A stretch of 39,721 bases of DNA from NCBI GenBank assembly GCA_041554895.1, contig JBFFLO010000001.1, positions 1-39,721 on the forward strand. Direction: 5' to 3'. Shown here piece after piece: positions 19,000 to 28,426 of the stretch (its first letter is position 1; the number at the start of each line of letters is the position of its first letter). Source of the stretch: Lutimonas sp. GTDB taxonomy: Bacteria; Bacteroidota; Bacteroidia; Flavobacteriales; Flavobacteriaceae. The notes under the pieces are model-generated. The model was not told the DNA's origin and made no database searches. It worked only from the letters and a program-made list of their open reading frames with translations. The translations under genes were made by a program, and so were the position numbers.

Positions 19000-19673
19000 T
19001 GATGGCAGGAGAAAAAGAAGCTTTGTTTTCGCAAAAGAACAAAAGGTTATTAATTGATCCTTTGAATGATGATAACCCGGTTACTGTCCAGGTATTGGGT
19101 ATATGTTCCGCTTTGGCAATTACAGTGCAATTAAAGGCAGCGATAGTGATGTCATTGGCTGTGATGTTCGTACTGGTTTTTGGGAATCTTTTTGTTTCCT
19201 TATTAAGGAACCTGATACCTAACAGGATCAGGATTATTGTTCAGTTGCTGATTGTTGCCTTCTTGGTGATTCTTGTTGACCAGGTGCTTAAGGCTTATTC
19301 TTATGACGTGAGCAAGCAATTATCCGTATTTGTAGGGTTGATTATTACAAACTGTATTATTATGGGTCGATTTGAGGCATTTGCTTTGGGTAACGGACCA
19401 TGGAAATCGATTCTTGACGGGGTTGGAAATACTATTGGTTATGCGGTCATCTTGATCATCGTTTCATTTTTTAGAGAACTTTTGGGTTCTGGAAAGTTAA
19501 TGGGATATGAAGTTTTGGGACATAAGGGAAAAACCATAGCCGACTCAACCGGGTTGTACCATTATGGTTATGAGAATAATGGATTTATGATGTTGGCCCC
19601 AATGGCATTGATAACTGTGGGTGTTTTGATCTGGTTCCAAAGATCGAAGAACAGAAAACTGATAGAAGAATAA
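18999..19673 (+). CDS. nqrD: Na+-NQR subunit D
   Basis: NPVTVQVLGICSALA and SVFVGLIITNCIIMGR. Confidence 0.96.
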   Translation: MMAGEKEALFSQKNKRLLIDPLNDDNPVTVQVLGICSALAITVQLKAAIVMSLAVMFVLVFGNLFVSLLRNLIPNRIRIIVQLLIVAFLVILVDQVLKAYSYDVSKQLSVFVGLIITNCIIMGRFEAFALGNGPWKSILDGVGNTIGYAVILIIVSFFRELLGSGKLMGYEVLGHKGKTIADSTGLYHYGYENNGFMMLAPMALITVGVLIWFQRSKNRKLIEE

Positions 19674-19719
19674 AATAATATTGTAAACCTTTTATCAAAA
19701 AGGAGTAAAAAAATAAAAA

Positions 19720-20337
19720 ATGGAAGCATTAGTAAGTTTGTTTGTTAGAAGCATATTCATTGATAATATGGTATTTGCCTATTTTCTTGGCATGTGTTCT
19801 TACCTGGCGGTTTCAAAAACTGTGAAAACAGCAGTTGGTTTAGGAGCGGCGGTTATTTTTGTATTGGTTATAACGGTGCCTGCGAATTACCTTTTGGACA
19901 CTTATATTTTGAAAGAAGGGGCTTTGACTTGGTTAGGTCCCGAATATGCATCGATTGACTTGAGTTTTTTAAGTTTTATCATGTTTATTGCTGTAATCGC
20001 ATCTATGGTGCAATTGGTTGAAATGATCGTGGAAAGATTTGCTCCTGCCCTTTACAGTGCATTGGGTATATTCCTTCCTTTGATCGCAGTGAACTGTGCG
20101 ATTTTGGGAGGTTCATTATTTATGCAGCAAAAGAATTTCACTACAGTGACCGAATCAGCCGTATATGGCCTAGGATCAGGTATAGGATGGTTTCTTGCTA
20201 TTGTAGCTATTGCCTCTATAAGGGAAAAGATTGCCTATTCAAATGTGCCACAGCCATTGAAGGGTTTAGGAATTACTTTCGTGATCACAGGCTTGATGGC
20301 CATCGCTTTCATGAGTTTTTCAGGAATAAAATTATAA
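19720..20337 (+). CDS. nqrE: Na+-NQR subunit E
   Basis: [28 protein letters not shown] and [12 protein letters not shown]. Confidence 0.96.
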   Translation: MEALVSLFVRSIFIDNMVFAYFLGMCSYLAVSKTVKTAVGLGAAVIFVLVITVPANYLLDTYILKEGALTWLGPEYASIDLSFLSFIMFIAVIASMVQLVEMIVERFAPALYSALGIFLPLIAVNCAILGGSLFMQQKNFTTVTESAVYGLGSGIGWFLAIVAIASIREKIAYSNVPQPLKGLGITFVITGLMAIAFMSFSGIKL

Positions 20338-20358
20338 TAAGTTAAGATCATATAGACA

Positions 20359-21651
20359 ATGAGTCCAATCGTAGCAAGTATCGTATTTTCATTAGTGTTA
20401 ATACTCATCTTAGTAACCGTTTTACTTGTAGCCAAAGCTAAATTGCTTCCTTCAGGTAAGGTAAAACTTTTGATCAACGGGAAGAAGGAAATAGAAGTAG
20501 AAACCGGGAGCACCCTGTTGACCACTTTAGGTAATGAAAAGATATTCTTACCCTCGGCTTGCGGAGGAGGAGGTACCTGCTTACAGTGTGAATGCCATGT
20601 ACTAAAAGGTGGCGGAGAACCTTTACCTACTGAGGTGCCAAACTTTACCCGAAAAGAATTGGCTGCCGGCGCTCGTTTGGGCTGCCAGGTTAAGGTCAAG
20701 GAAGATATGGAGATCACTATTCCTGAAGAAATATTTGGTATCAAAAAGTTTGAGGCAACTGTAAAATCTAATTATAATGTGGCTTCTTTTATTAAGGAGT
20801 TTGTAGTAGAATTGCCTGAGGATATGGATTATAAAGCCGGGGGTTATATTCAAATTGAGATTCCTTCGACCGAGGTGAGTTTTCAAGAAATTGATATTAC
20901 GGCTCATCCAAAAGAACATCCCGGGGAACCTGAAAAGTTTAAACTGGAATGGGATAAATTTGACCTTTGGCCTCTTAAAATGAAGAATTCTGAGACTGTT
21001 GAAAGAGCTTATTCCATGGCTTCTTATCCTGCAGAGGGAAGGAACATCATGTTGAATGTGCGTATTGCCACGCCACCATGGGACAGGGCTAAGAACAGCT
21101 GGGCAAATGTCAATCCGGGGATTGCTTCATCTTATATCTTTAGCAAAAAACCTGGCGATAAAGTGATTGTATCTGGTCCTTATGGTGAATTCTTCATCAA
21201 TGAGTCTGACTCAGAGATGCTTTACGTTGGTGGTGGTGCAGGAATGGCTCCGATGAGATCACACCTTTATCACCTGTTTAAAACGCTTAAAACAGACAGG
21301 AAAGTAACGTATTGGTATGGTGGAAGATCGAAAAGAGAGTTGTTCTATACGGATCACTTTAGAGATCTTGAAAAAGAATTTCCTAATTTCAAATTCTATA
21401 TTGTGCTTTCAGAGCCTACTGAAGAAGATGATTGGAAAGTTATGAAGGATATTGATGATACAGAAGGTGACGGTTTCTTAGGATTTGTCCATCAGGCTGT
21501 AATTGATCAGTACCTTTCAAAACATGAAGCACCTGAAGATCTGGAACTTTATTTCTGTGGCCCCCCAATGATGAACCAGGCGGTTCAAAAAATGGGTGAA
21601 GATTTTGGAATGGCAGATGAGAATATTAGATTTGATGACTTTGGTGGATAG
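20359..21651 (+). CDS. nqrF: Na+-NQR subunit F
   Basis: 2Fe-2S motif SACGGGGTCLQC, RAYSMA, GGGAGMAPMRSH, CGPPMM and C-terminal DDFGG. Confidence 0.97.
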   Translation: MSPIVASIVFSLVLILILVTVLLVAKAKLLPSGKVKLLINGKKEIEVETGSTLLTTLGNEKIFLPSACGGGGTCLQCECHVLKGGGEPLPTEVPNFTRKELAAGARLGCQVKVKEDMEITIPEEIFGIKKFEATVKSNYNVASFIKEFVVELPEDMDYKAGGYIQIEIPSTEVSFQEIDITAHPKEHPGEPEKFKLEWDKFDLWPLKMKNSETVERAYSMASYPAEGRNIMLNVRIATPPWDRAKNSWANVNPGIASSYIFSKKPGDKVIVSGPYGEFFINESDSEMLYVGGGAGMAPMRSHLYHLFKTLKTDRKVTYWYGGRSKRELFYTDHFRDLEKEFPNFKFYIVLSEPTEEDDWKVMKDIDDTEGDGFLGFVHQAVIDQYLSKHEAPEDLELYFCGPPMMNQAVQKMGEDFGMADENIRFDDFGG

Positions 21652-21676
21652 TATTTAGTTTCCACAATGATATATG

Positions 21677-21702
21677 AATCCCGCCATTGGCGGGATTTTT
21701 TT
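21677..21702 (+). terminator. Intrinsic terminator of the nqr operon
   Basis: Hairpin AATCCCGCC-ATT-GGCGGGATT running into a T tract, 25 nt after the nqrF stop. Confidence 0.88.
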
Positions 21703-21980
21703 GTCTCTGGCTTAGCGTGCATGAACTTTATGCCACAGACCAGACCAGACTTTCAATCAGTCATTACATGCCATTAGAAACGTCTTAAGGCACCTTGTTC
21801 TCATCCCTGTTGCATATTTTTAGATATAATGCCATGCAGCGAAAGCTTTTTACTGAACCACAGGGTGCCTTGAATTGCAATAACGGCTACTTAAAGATGA
21901 AATCCCGGCAGTTTTATCATTGGTGCTTGTTCTGTATAAAAAAGTAACTAAACAGGTCTCCAGGCCATATTGAATGCAAT

Positions 21981-22009
21981 AAAAAAATCCCGCCATTGGC
22001 GGGATTTTT
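21981..22009 (-). terminator. Intrinsic (potentially bidirectional) terminator of the OmpA/MotB gene
   Basis: A7-TCCCGCC-ATT-GGCGGGA-T5; the core is identical to the nqr terminator. Confidence 0.85.
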
Positions 22010-22032
22010 ATCATATGATTTAAAGACAAAAA

Positions 22033-22860
22033 CTATTCAGGTTTTTGTTCCAAAATGTTAAAGAATTCTTCCAATTTAGGAAGTATAACAATTCTGGTTC
22101 TTCTGTTTATTGATCTTCCTTCTGCCGTATCATTTGAGGCTAAAGGAACGTATTCACTTCTACCGGCAGCAATTAACCTGCTTGGCGCAACTTCAAAATC
22201 ATTTTGAAGTACCCTAACTACTGAAGTAGCTCTGGCAACACTCAGGTCCCAGTTGTCTTGCATGTTTTTTGTACTGATTGGCACATTATCTGTATACCCC
22301 TCAACTTGAACCTCCATAGTCGGTTTACTGTTTACCACAGTTGCTACTTTTCCAAGAACTTCTTTGGCTCTGTCAGAAACAATTGCACTTCCGCTTTTGA
22401 AAAGCATTTTATCTGCAATTGAGATGTAAACTACTGTTTTCTCTACATCAATTTGAATGTCTTCATCTTGTATTCCAGCTGCCAGGTCCTTTTTCAATTG
22501 GAAAGCAAGGGCCAGATTAATTGAGTCTTTTTTGGTCATCGCATCGCGAACACCATTAATGTATTTGTCTTTTTCACTAAGTTGTGCAATAACTTCTTTG
22601 ATATTGTCTGAAGAAGATTGCGTTAACACAGTCAGGTTTTCTACTTGCTGTATTGAGCGTGCTTTGTCTTCTTTTAATGAATTGTTTAATTCCATCAAGT
22701 GATCTTTATCAACCAAACAAGACTGTAAATCAGCTTTAGCATCTACAAGTTCCTGCTTTGTTTTATTGTGTTGTGTCTCAAGATCTGCATATTTTTTGCT
22801 TGAAATACATGATGTCAGCAGAACCGATAAAAATAAGGCTCCCAAAAATAATTTTTTCAT
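22033..22860 (-). CDS. OmpA/MotB-family peptidoglycan-binding lipoprotein with N-terminal coiled coil
   Basis: Lipobox LTSC after MKKLFL; LFKSGS, VEGYTDNVP, NWDLSVARA and NRRTRI. Start ATG 22860 chosen because it opens the signal peptide. Confidence 0.9.
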   Translation of the reverse strand: MKKLFLGALFLSVLLTSCISSKKYADLETQHNKTKQELVDAKADLQSCLVDKDHLMELNNSLKEDKARSIQQVENLTVLTQSSSDNIKEVIAQLSEKDKYINGVRDAMTKKDSINLALAFQLKKDLAAGIQDEDIQIDVEKTVVYISIADKMLFKSGSAIVSDRAKEVLGKVATVVNSKPTMEVQVEGYTDNVPISTKNMQDNWDLSVARATSVVRVLQNDFEVAPSRLIAAGRSEYVPLASNDTAEGRSINRRTRIVILPKLEEFFNILEQKPE

Positions 22861-22943
22861 AATTTGAATAGAATTTAATTTAAATACAAAATTATTAAAT
22901 ATTTTGCTTTCTTTAACATATTTAGCTAAAAAAAACCTAAAGG

Positions 22944-22969
22944 CAAAACTAAGATAAAACTTATCTTTG
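22944..22969. promoter_or_regulatory. Back-to-back divergent sigma-A -7 elements (OmpA gene / apbE)
   Basis: Minus-strand TAGTTTTG (22951-22944) and plus-strand TATCTTTG (22962-22969); a further minus-strand match TAATTTTG lies at 22894-22887. Confidence 0.5.
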
Positions 22970-22996
22970 TATGTTAAATAATCTATAATTTTTGGC

Positions 22997-23995
22997 ATGA
23001 GAAAAATGTTTTTTTTACTCTTATTAACGATTTTTTCTTCGTGTGAGAAAGAAACTGAAATACCTTACCAACGAATTGAAGGTATGGCTTTTGGAACATC
23101 TTTTCACATCTCCTTTGATGAGGCCAATACGAAAGTTGCTGAAGCTGATATTGATAGTTTGATTCACGTGATGAATAGATCCTTGTCCACGTATATTCCG
23201 GATTCTGATATTTCAAAGATTAATAAAGGTGATACGACAATAGTTGTGGACGCACTTTTTGAAGAAGTTTTTAACAAATCGGCAAAGGTCTTTAAAGAAA
23301 CAGAGGGTGCATTTGATCCGACCATTGGGGTTTTGGTTAATGCCTGGGGGTTTGGACCTGGAAACAGTTTGGCTCAAATGGGACAATCAAAAGTAGATAG
23401 CCTGCTCGTCTTTGTTGGCTTTGATAAGATCAAGCTTGAAAACCGCAAGCTTATTAAAGATCATCCTGAGACTTATCTTGATTTTAATGCAAATGCAAAA
23501 GGATTTGCTGTTGATCTTATTGGCAGATTTCTGGAAAGCAAGGAGATTCGTAATTACCTTATTGAAATTGGCGGGGAAATAAGGGCCAGGGGTGTAAATC
23601 CTAAAAATCAGCCCTGGAGGATAGCCATAGAAAAACCTAATTTTGATGGGAGCAGGTCTTTTCAAACCATAGTTGCCTTAAAAAATGAATCTATTGCCAC
23701 TTCTGGAAATTACCGAAAGTTTAAAATTGACTCTTTAAGTGGTGAAAAGTATGCCCATACCATTGATACACAGACTGGTTATCCAAGTAAAAGCAACTTG
23801 CTCAGCGCGTCAGTGATTGCGAGTTTGGACTGCGCCGATGTGGATGCATATGCCACTGCTTTTATGGCCATGGGACTTGAGAAATCAAAACTTTTTCTTG
23901 ATAAGCACAAGGAGATTAAGGCATTTCTGATCTATAGTGATACCCTGAACGGTTTAAATACCTTTACAACTAAAAACCTGGAACTTGAAGAATAA
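22997..23995 (+). CDS. apbE: FAD:protein FMN transferase (flavinylates NqrB/NqrC), lipoprotein
   Basis: Lipobox FSSC; GAFDPTIG, AWGFG, AKGFAVD, IEIGGE, IATSGNYR and DAYATA. Confidence 0.93.
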   Translation: MRKMFFLLLLTIFSSCEKETEIPYQRIEGMAFGTSFHISFDEANTKVAEADIDSLIHVMNRSLSTYIPDSDISKINKGDTTIVVDALFEEVFNKSAKVFKETEGAFDPTIGVLVNAWGFGPGNSLAQMGQSKVDSLLVFVGFDKIKLENRKLIKDHPETYLDFNANAKGFAVDLIGRFLESKEIRNYLIEIGGEIRARGVNPKNQPWRIAIEKPNFDGSRSFQTIVALKNESIATSGNYRKFKIDSLSGEKYAHTIDTQTGYPSKSNLLSASVIASLDCADVDAYATAFMAMGLEKSKLFLDKHKEIKAFLIYSDTLNGLNTFTTKNLELEE

Positions 23996-24161
23996 GGGAC
24001 CAGACCATTTTCTTATAATCGGTTCGACCCTAAATGTATGGGAGGTATCTCGATCATGATTCTCCTGCAATCGTAATTTCTATTTCCAGGGACAATGCTG
24101 AATAGCTGTTTTCATAGAGTAAAAGCCGATCTTTTACATTTTATTGGACATTCATAGATGC

Positions 24162-25130
24162 TCATTTGAGCTGAAGTGTTTTTAAAATGGCCTCAAGTTC
24201 AAAGACCACATCTCTTTTTTTAGAAGACGGGGAATAACTAAACCCTTCAACGACGATCAGACGCTCATTTAATGTATCTTCAATCGTATAACTGACAAAT
24301 GGCCCCCCCATATAATCGCCTTCGACAAACCACAATCCTCTTGATTCTATGGCATTGATATTATTGAAATTGACTTTACTGGTAACGGGCGTGTATTTAG
24401 GTTCAGTTCTCATATAGGTATTTTCAAACTGTCCCGGAATATAACTTTTACCAATAGAATCTCTAAAAGAAACAAGAGAAGCCATGGTATAAGGTTCGCC
24501 AAAAACAGGTACTTCATAGGCAATAATATTCAACAAACCCCTTTCAAATGTGTTTCTATACCATAAGAACTGTCCTGAATCCTCCACCATTTTATATTCA
24601 AATGGAATTTTCATAGAAATGCCCAGGCTGTTAAGGGTTTCAATTGTTTCAGGATCATGAAAATCTTTTGTTACCTTACTTTGGTATATGGCAAGATCAT
24701 TTTTCTTAAAGATATTAATGATATCATCAGCGTGAGACCTAATATTTTCAATTAATGCCTCCTTATCTTTTGAAAGAACCGTAACCGTAGTTTGAGGACT
24801 GGCGTGAACATTATGATTGGTATAAAAATTTTCTTCCTTGTCAAGACCGACAAATAAAATATTCCGGTTTCTTTTAAATAGGCTGTTAAAGGTATAAGGG
24901 TCTACCTGGTTGATGGAAAACTGATTTTCGTCCTGAGGCAAACCAATCACAGGTTCGCTTATGATTTTTTTAAGCTCATCACCAACCTTACCTTGCCAAT
25001 CTTCATCATTCATCACTATTAAGACATGATTTATTCGGCCGGTTGATGACACAAGCGTTACGGTATCACTTTTACCACAAGAGATCAATAATCCCAGTGA
25101 TAAAAGGGTGAAGGCAATTCTTTTTAACAT
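24162..25130 (-). CDS. DUF4837-like lipoprotein
   Basis: Lipobox LISC; GLPQDE, RDSIGKSYIPG, RGLW, MGGPF and ELEAIL. Confidence 0.75.
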   Translation of the reverse strand: MLKRIAFTLLSLGLLISCGKSDTVTLVSSTGRINHVLIVMNDEDWQGKVGDELKKIISEPVIGLPQDENQFSINQVDPYTFNSLFKRNRNILFVGLDKEENFYTNHNVHASPQTTVTVLSKDKEALIENIRSHADDIINIFKKNDLAIYQSKVTKDFHDPETIETLNSLGISMKIPFEYKMVEDSGQFLWYRNTFERGLLNIIAYEVPVFGEPYTMASLVSFRDSIGKSYIPGQFENTYMRTEPKYTPVTSKVNFNNINAIESRGLWFVEGDYMGGPFVSYTIEDTLNERLIVVEGFSYSPSSKKRDVVFELEAILKTLQLK

Positions 25131-25172
25131 ATTGAAGTTTTAATACGGAAGCTTACTAATCAAAATAACACA

Positions 25173-26783
25173 CTAGTAAATTTTTAGCTTAGTTCCTGGT
25201 TTCAAACTTTTACTACTCCAAATATTGTTCCATTCTTTTAATTGTGCAACAGAAACTTGTGGATATTTTTGAGAGATCAACCATAAAGAATCTCCTTTTT
25301 GAACAACATAGGTTGCATATGTTCCTTTTGGAGCTTCTTTTTTGGCCGTTGTATTCGATTTGGTTGTAGTCGAAACTTCGGCTACAGGTCTTCTGGGATA
25401 TATGGTAAGGTGTTGTCCTACTCTTAGGTTGTTACTCTTTAATCCGTTCCATCGTTTGATACTGCCCACTGAAACGCCATATCGGTTCGCGATCTTACCC
25501 AAATAATCACCGCTTTTAACACGGTATCGTATTCTGTCATTGGCTTCAAAATACTTTGGCAATGGTTTTTCTCTTTTGGCTTCTGCCTCTTCCGCATAAG
25601 CATAGATTTGTGCTTCATTGGAAACAAAGCTTCCTGATGCATATTTTGGCAAGGTCAAAGTATAGTCTCTGTCTTTAATCACAGGGATGATTTTTAACTT
25701 GTATTGAGGGTTGAGGAAGGTAAGTAATTCCATATCGGTCCCTAAAACATTATTGACCTGTTCAAAAGTAATTTGTCTTTTAACTACTATTGTATCGGTT
25801 TCAAAAGTGTTCAGCACTTCATTTTTAGCGTATAACTGATGTTCATTGGCGAATTCAAAAATATAGTATGTGGCATAAAAGGCAGGTAAATAGCCTGCTG
25901 TTTCTCTTGGCAGGTAGTGACGAATATTCCAATAGTTCTTTTGCCCTCCTGCTCTTCTGATGGCTTTATTTACATTTCCCGGACCAGAATTATAGGCTGC
26001 AAGGGCAAGATCCCAGTCATCGAAAATGCCATATAATTTTGTGAGGTATTGGCAGGCTGCTTCAGTAGCTTTAATGGGGTCACATCTTTCATCTACATAA
26101 GAACTGACTTTCAAATCATATTCTCGCCCTGTTCCATACATGAATTGCCATAGCCCTTTGGCTCCAACTCTTGAGGTTGCATTGGCTTTTAAAGCTGATT
26201 CGACAATGGCCAGGTATTTGAGCTCCAAAGGGATGTCATATTTGGCCAGTTGCTCCTCAAACATGGGAAAGTAATACTTGGCTTTCCCCATCAAATTCGC
26301 AAGGGTTTGTTGCCTGTTTTTTAAATAATGTTTTATGATTTTTTCAAGGGAAGGATTATATTCAAAATTGAATGGTGTCTGACTATCCAAATAAGCGATT
26401 CTTTCTTTTAATTGCTCAGTTGTAAAATTTTCAATGACCATCTTGCCTACGGTGTCTTCAGGCTTAATGATCAAACTACTGTCAATCACATTGTTTTTCC
26501 AGGATTCAAGCCATTTTTTATCAAATTCACTCACCTCGATATGATCGATAAGAGCAATTTTCTTGCCTTGTATCAGCGTAGTGTCAACTCTTACCGTGTC
26601 AATAAGTTGTTTTTGATCGAGCATTGTTATACTTGATACGGAATCTGAACTCATCTCCAATAGTTCATTTTGCTCCAATGGTTCATTTAAAGATAAAACC
26701 TGGTTGCCTTGAGCATAGATCAGGTTTAAAAAAAGGGAAAGGATTATGGTTAAATATTGGCGCATCAATTTCATTAAGATCAT
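25173..26783 (-). CDS. mltD: MltD-like lytic transglycosylase with two LysM domains (copy 1)
   Basis: LKYLAIVESAL, GLWQFM, VDER, LALAAYNSGPGNV and LPRET; LysM starts YRVKSGD and YVVQKGD. Start may be 26765 or 26774. Confidence 0.88.
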   Translation of the reverse strand: MILMKLMRQYLTIILSLFLNLIYAQGNQVLSLNEPLEQNELLEMSSDSVSSITMLDQKQLIDTVRVDTTLIQGKKIALIDHIEVSEFDKKWLESWKNNVIDSSLIIKPEDTVGKMVIENFTTEQLKERIAYLDSQTPFNFEYNPSLEKIIKHYLKNRQQTLANLMGKAKYYFPMFEEQLAKYDIPLELKYLAIVESALKANATSRVGAKGLWQFMYGTGREYDLKVSSYVDERCDPIKATEAACQYLTKLYGIFDDWDLALAAYNSGPGNVNKAIRRAGGQKNYWNIRHYLPRETAGYLPAFYATYYIFEFANEHQLYAKNEVLNTFETDTIVVKRQITFEQVNNVLGTDMELLTFLNPQYKLKIIPVIKDRDYTLTLPKYASGSFVSNEAQIYAYAEEAEAKREKPLPKYFEANDRIRYRVKSGDYLGKIANRYGVSVGSIKRWNGLKSNNLRVGQHLTIYPRRPVAEVSTTTKSNTTAKKEAPKGTYATYVVQKGDSLWLISQKYPQVSVAQLKEWNNIWSSKSLKPGTKLKIY

Positions 26784-26899
26784 CTTTGTTTTCAGTCTGT
26801 TCGGTATCCAAACGGTAAAAATATAACAAAATTTTATTTATTCAATTTTTTTTAAGCCCGCCTAAAACATTTAGCATAAGCTCATGAAATGCGGATCGC

Positions 26900-28414
26900 T
26901 CAACTTTGTTGGTCATTTGTCCTTTTTTTGATCCTGAGTGACATCCCGGGTTTTAAATAATTAACATTATCCAGATCATTCAAAGTTCGCAATTCTGAAA
27001 TAGGAATATTTCCAAATTTGCGTGATATTTTAAATAGTGTATCCCCAATGACCACTGTGTAATTTATAAATTCTTTTGTGTCATGAACCCCCTGTGTCAC
27101 AGGATTTTCTTTTGGGTCTTCCATTTGTATATTGCTCAATACTTGCAGTTTATGGTCAGTTACCACGAGTCTCTGACCTGAGATCAGAAAATTACTGTCA
27201 AGACCGTTCCAGGTTTTTAATTGTGCGACACTGATCTGGTGTTTTTTGGCGATACTGTTCAAATTGTCACCGTTTGTGACCAGGTAGCTGTTAAAGGCAG
27301 TAATAGGAACGGCTTTGGAATTTGTATTGCTGTTTTCAATATATAGCGCATCGGTATAAAGGTTTTGTTCAGAGGCAATGAAGCGAGGTATTAATGAAAC
27401 GGGCAGGGTTAGGGCCAATATCCTGTCGCCAAGCTCAGGAATCAGGTCTTTTTTGTAAACCTGGTTAAACGATCTCAGGACATCCATATCGATCCCGGTA
27501 CTTTTTTTAATGGCCTCGAAAGTCAGGCTTCCCTTTATTTGCACAGTATCTGTTTCAAAATAGGATAATTCCCCTTTTAAAGGGCTTAAGCCGTGATATT
27601 CTGCGTGAGTAAAAAGATACATGGTGGCATAAAATGCAGGTACATAACTACTTGTTTCTCTGGGAAGGAACTGTCTTATTTCCCAGTAATTAGTGTTGCC
27701 ACCAGCCCTCTTGATGGCTTTTCTTACGTTCCCGGGTCCTGAATTATAAGCGGCCAGTGCAAGATCCCAGTCGCCGAAGGATTCGTAAAGGTCTTTCAAA
27801 TAGGCACAGGCTGCTCGCGTAGATTTCATGGTGTCAAATCGCTCATCAACATAGGAATCTATATACAGATCATATTCTATTCCGGTTCCATACATGAATT
27901 GCCAGAGGCCTTTTGCCCCTGAAGGTGATACTGCTATAGGGTTTAAGGCAGACTCAACCACGGCCAGATATTTTAACTCAAGTGGCAGGTCATAAGTGTC
28001 CAATTGTCGTTCGAGCTCTGGAAAGTAGTAGCTGGACTTGTTCAAAAGCCTATTTATGTAATCTTTTCGATCTCTCAGATATACCCTGATAAAGCGCTCT
28101 AAAGTAGCGTTGTGATAAACTCTAAAGGGAGTGGAACGATCTAATTTTTTCAACTGTTCTTGCAGGGTAAAAGACGAAAAATCGTTTGAATCCAAACTGT
28201 CCAAAGGGGTGAAATCTTCCGCCACTAATAAATTCTTTGTTTTTTTATGAAGGTTTCGGTCAACCGGCATAAGCCGGCCGGTGAAAATTTTATGGGATTC
28301 TAAAAGACCTTGATTCGAGTATGAATAGTCGGTTTTGACGGCTACCATTGCAGTGTTCTGGGCCATCAGATGGGGTGATAGCACTGATAATAATAGAATA
28401 AGTAAGTTTTTCAT
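26900..28414 (-). CDS. MltD-like lytic transglycosylase with two LysM domains (copy 2)
   Basis: Signal peptide ending LMA|Q; LKYLAVVESAL, GLWQFM and LALAAYNSGPGNV; LysM starts YLVTNGD and YTVVIGD. Confidence 0.86.
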   Translation of the reverse strand: MKNLLILLLSVLSPHLMAQNTAMVAVKTDYSYSNQGLLESHKIFTGRLMPVDRNLHKKTKNLLVAEDFTPLDSLDSNDFSSFTLQEQLKKLDRSTPFRVYHNATLERFIRVYLRDRKDYINRLLNKSSYYFPELERQLDTYDLPLELKYLAVVESALNPIAVSPSGAKGLWQFMYGTGIEYDLYIDSYVDERFDTMKSTRAACAYLKDLYESFGDWDLALAAYNSGPGNVRKAIKRAGGNTNYWEIRQFLPRETSSYVPAFYATMYLFTHAEYHGLSPLKGELSYFETDTVQIKGSLTFEAIKKSTGIDMDVLRSFNQVYKKDLIPELGDRILALTLPVSLIPRFIASEQNLYTDALYIENSNTNSKAVPITAFNSYLVTNGDNLNSIAKKHQISVAQLKTWNGLDSNFLISGQRLVVTDHKLQVLSNIQMEDPKENPVTQGVHDTKEFINYTVVIGDTLFKISRKFGNIPISELRTLNDLDNVNYLKPGMSLRIKKRTNDQQS

Positions 28415-28426
28415 AGCATTCTTATT

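Noticed and set aside
21721-21777. 18-codon ORF MNFMPQTRPDFQSVITCH after the nqr terminator
   Set aside because: Too short, with no compositional signal and no downstream gene to regulate.
21677-22009. Repeated palindromes considered as a CRISPR array
   Set aside because: Only two copies about 285 nt apart, with terminator features and no cas genes.
22861-22998. 46-aa N-terminal extension of the OmpA/MotB ORF
   Set aside because: It spans the divergent promoter region; the lipoprotein signal begins at ATG 22860.
24119-24146. GTAAAAG-CCGAT-CTTTTAC hairpin between convergent apbE and the DUF4837-like gene
   Set aside because: AT-rich weak stem; too weak to call a terminator.
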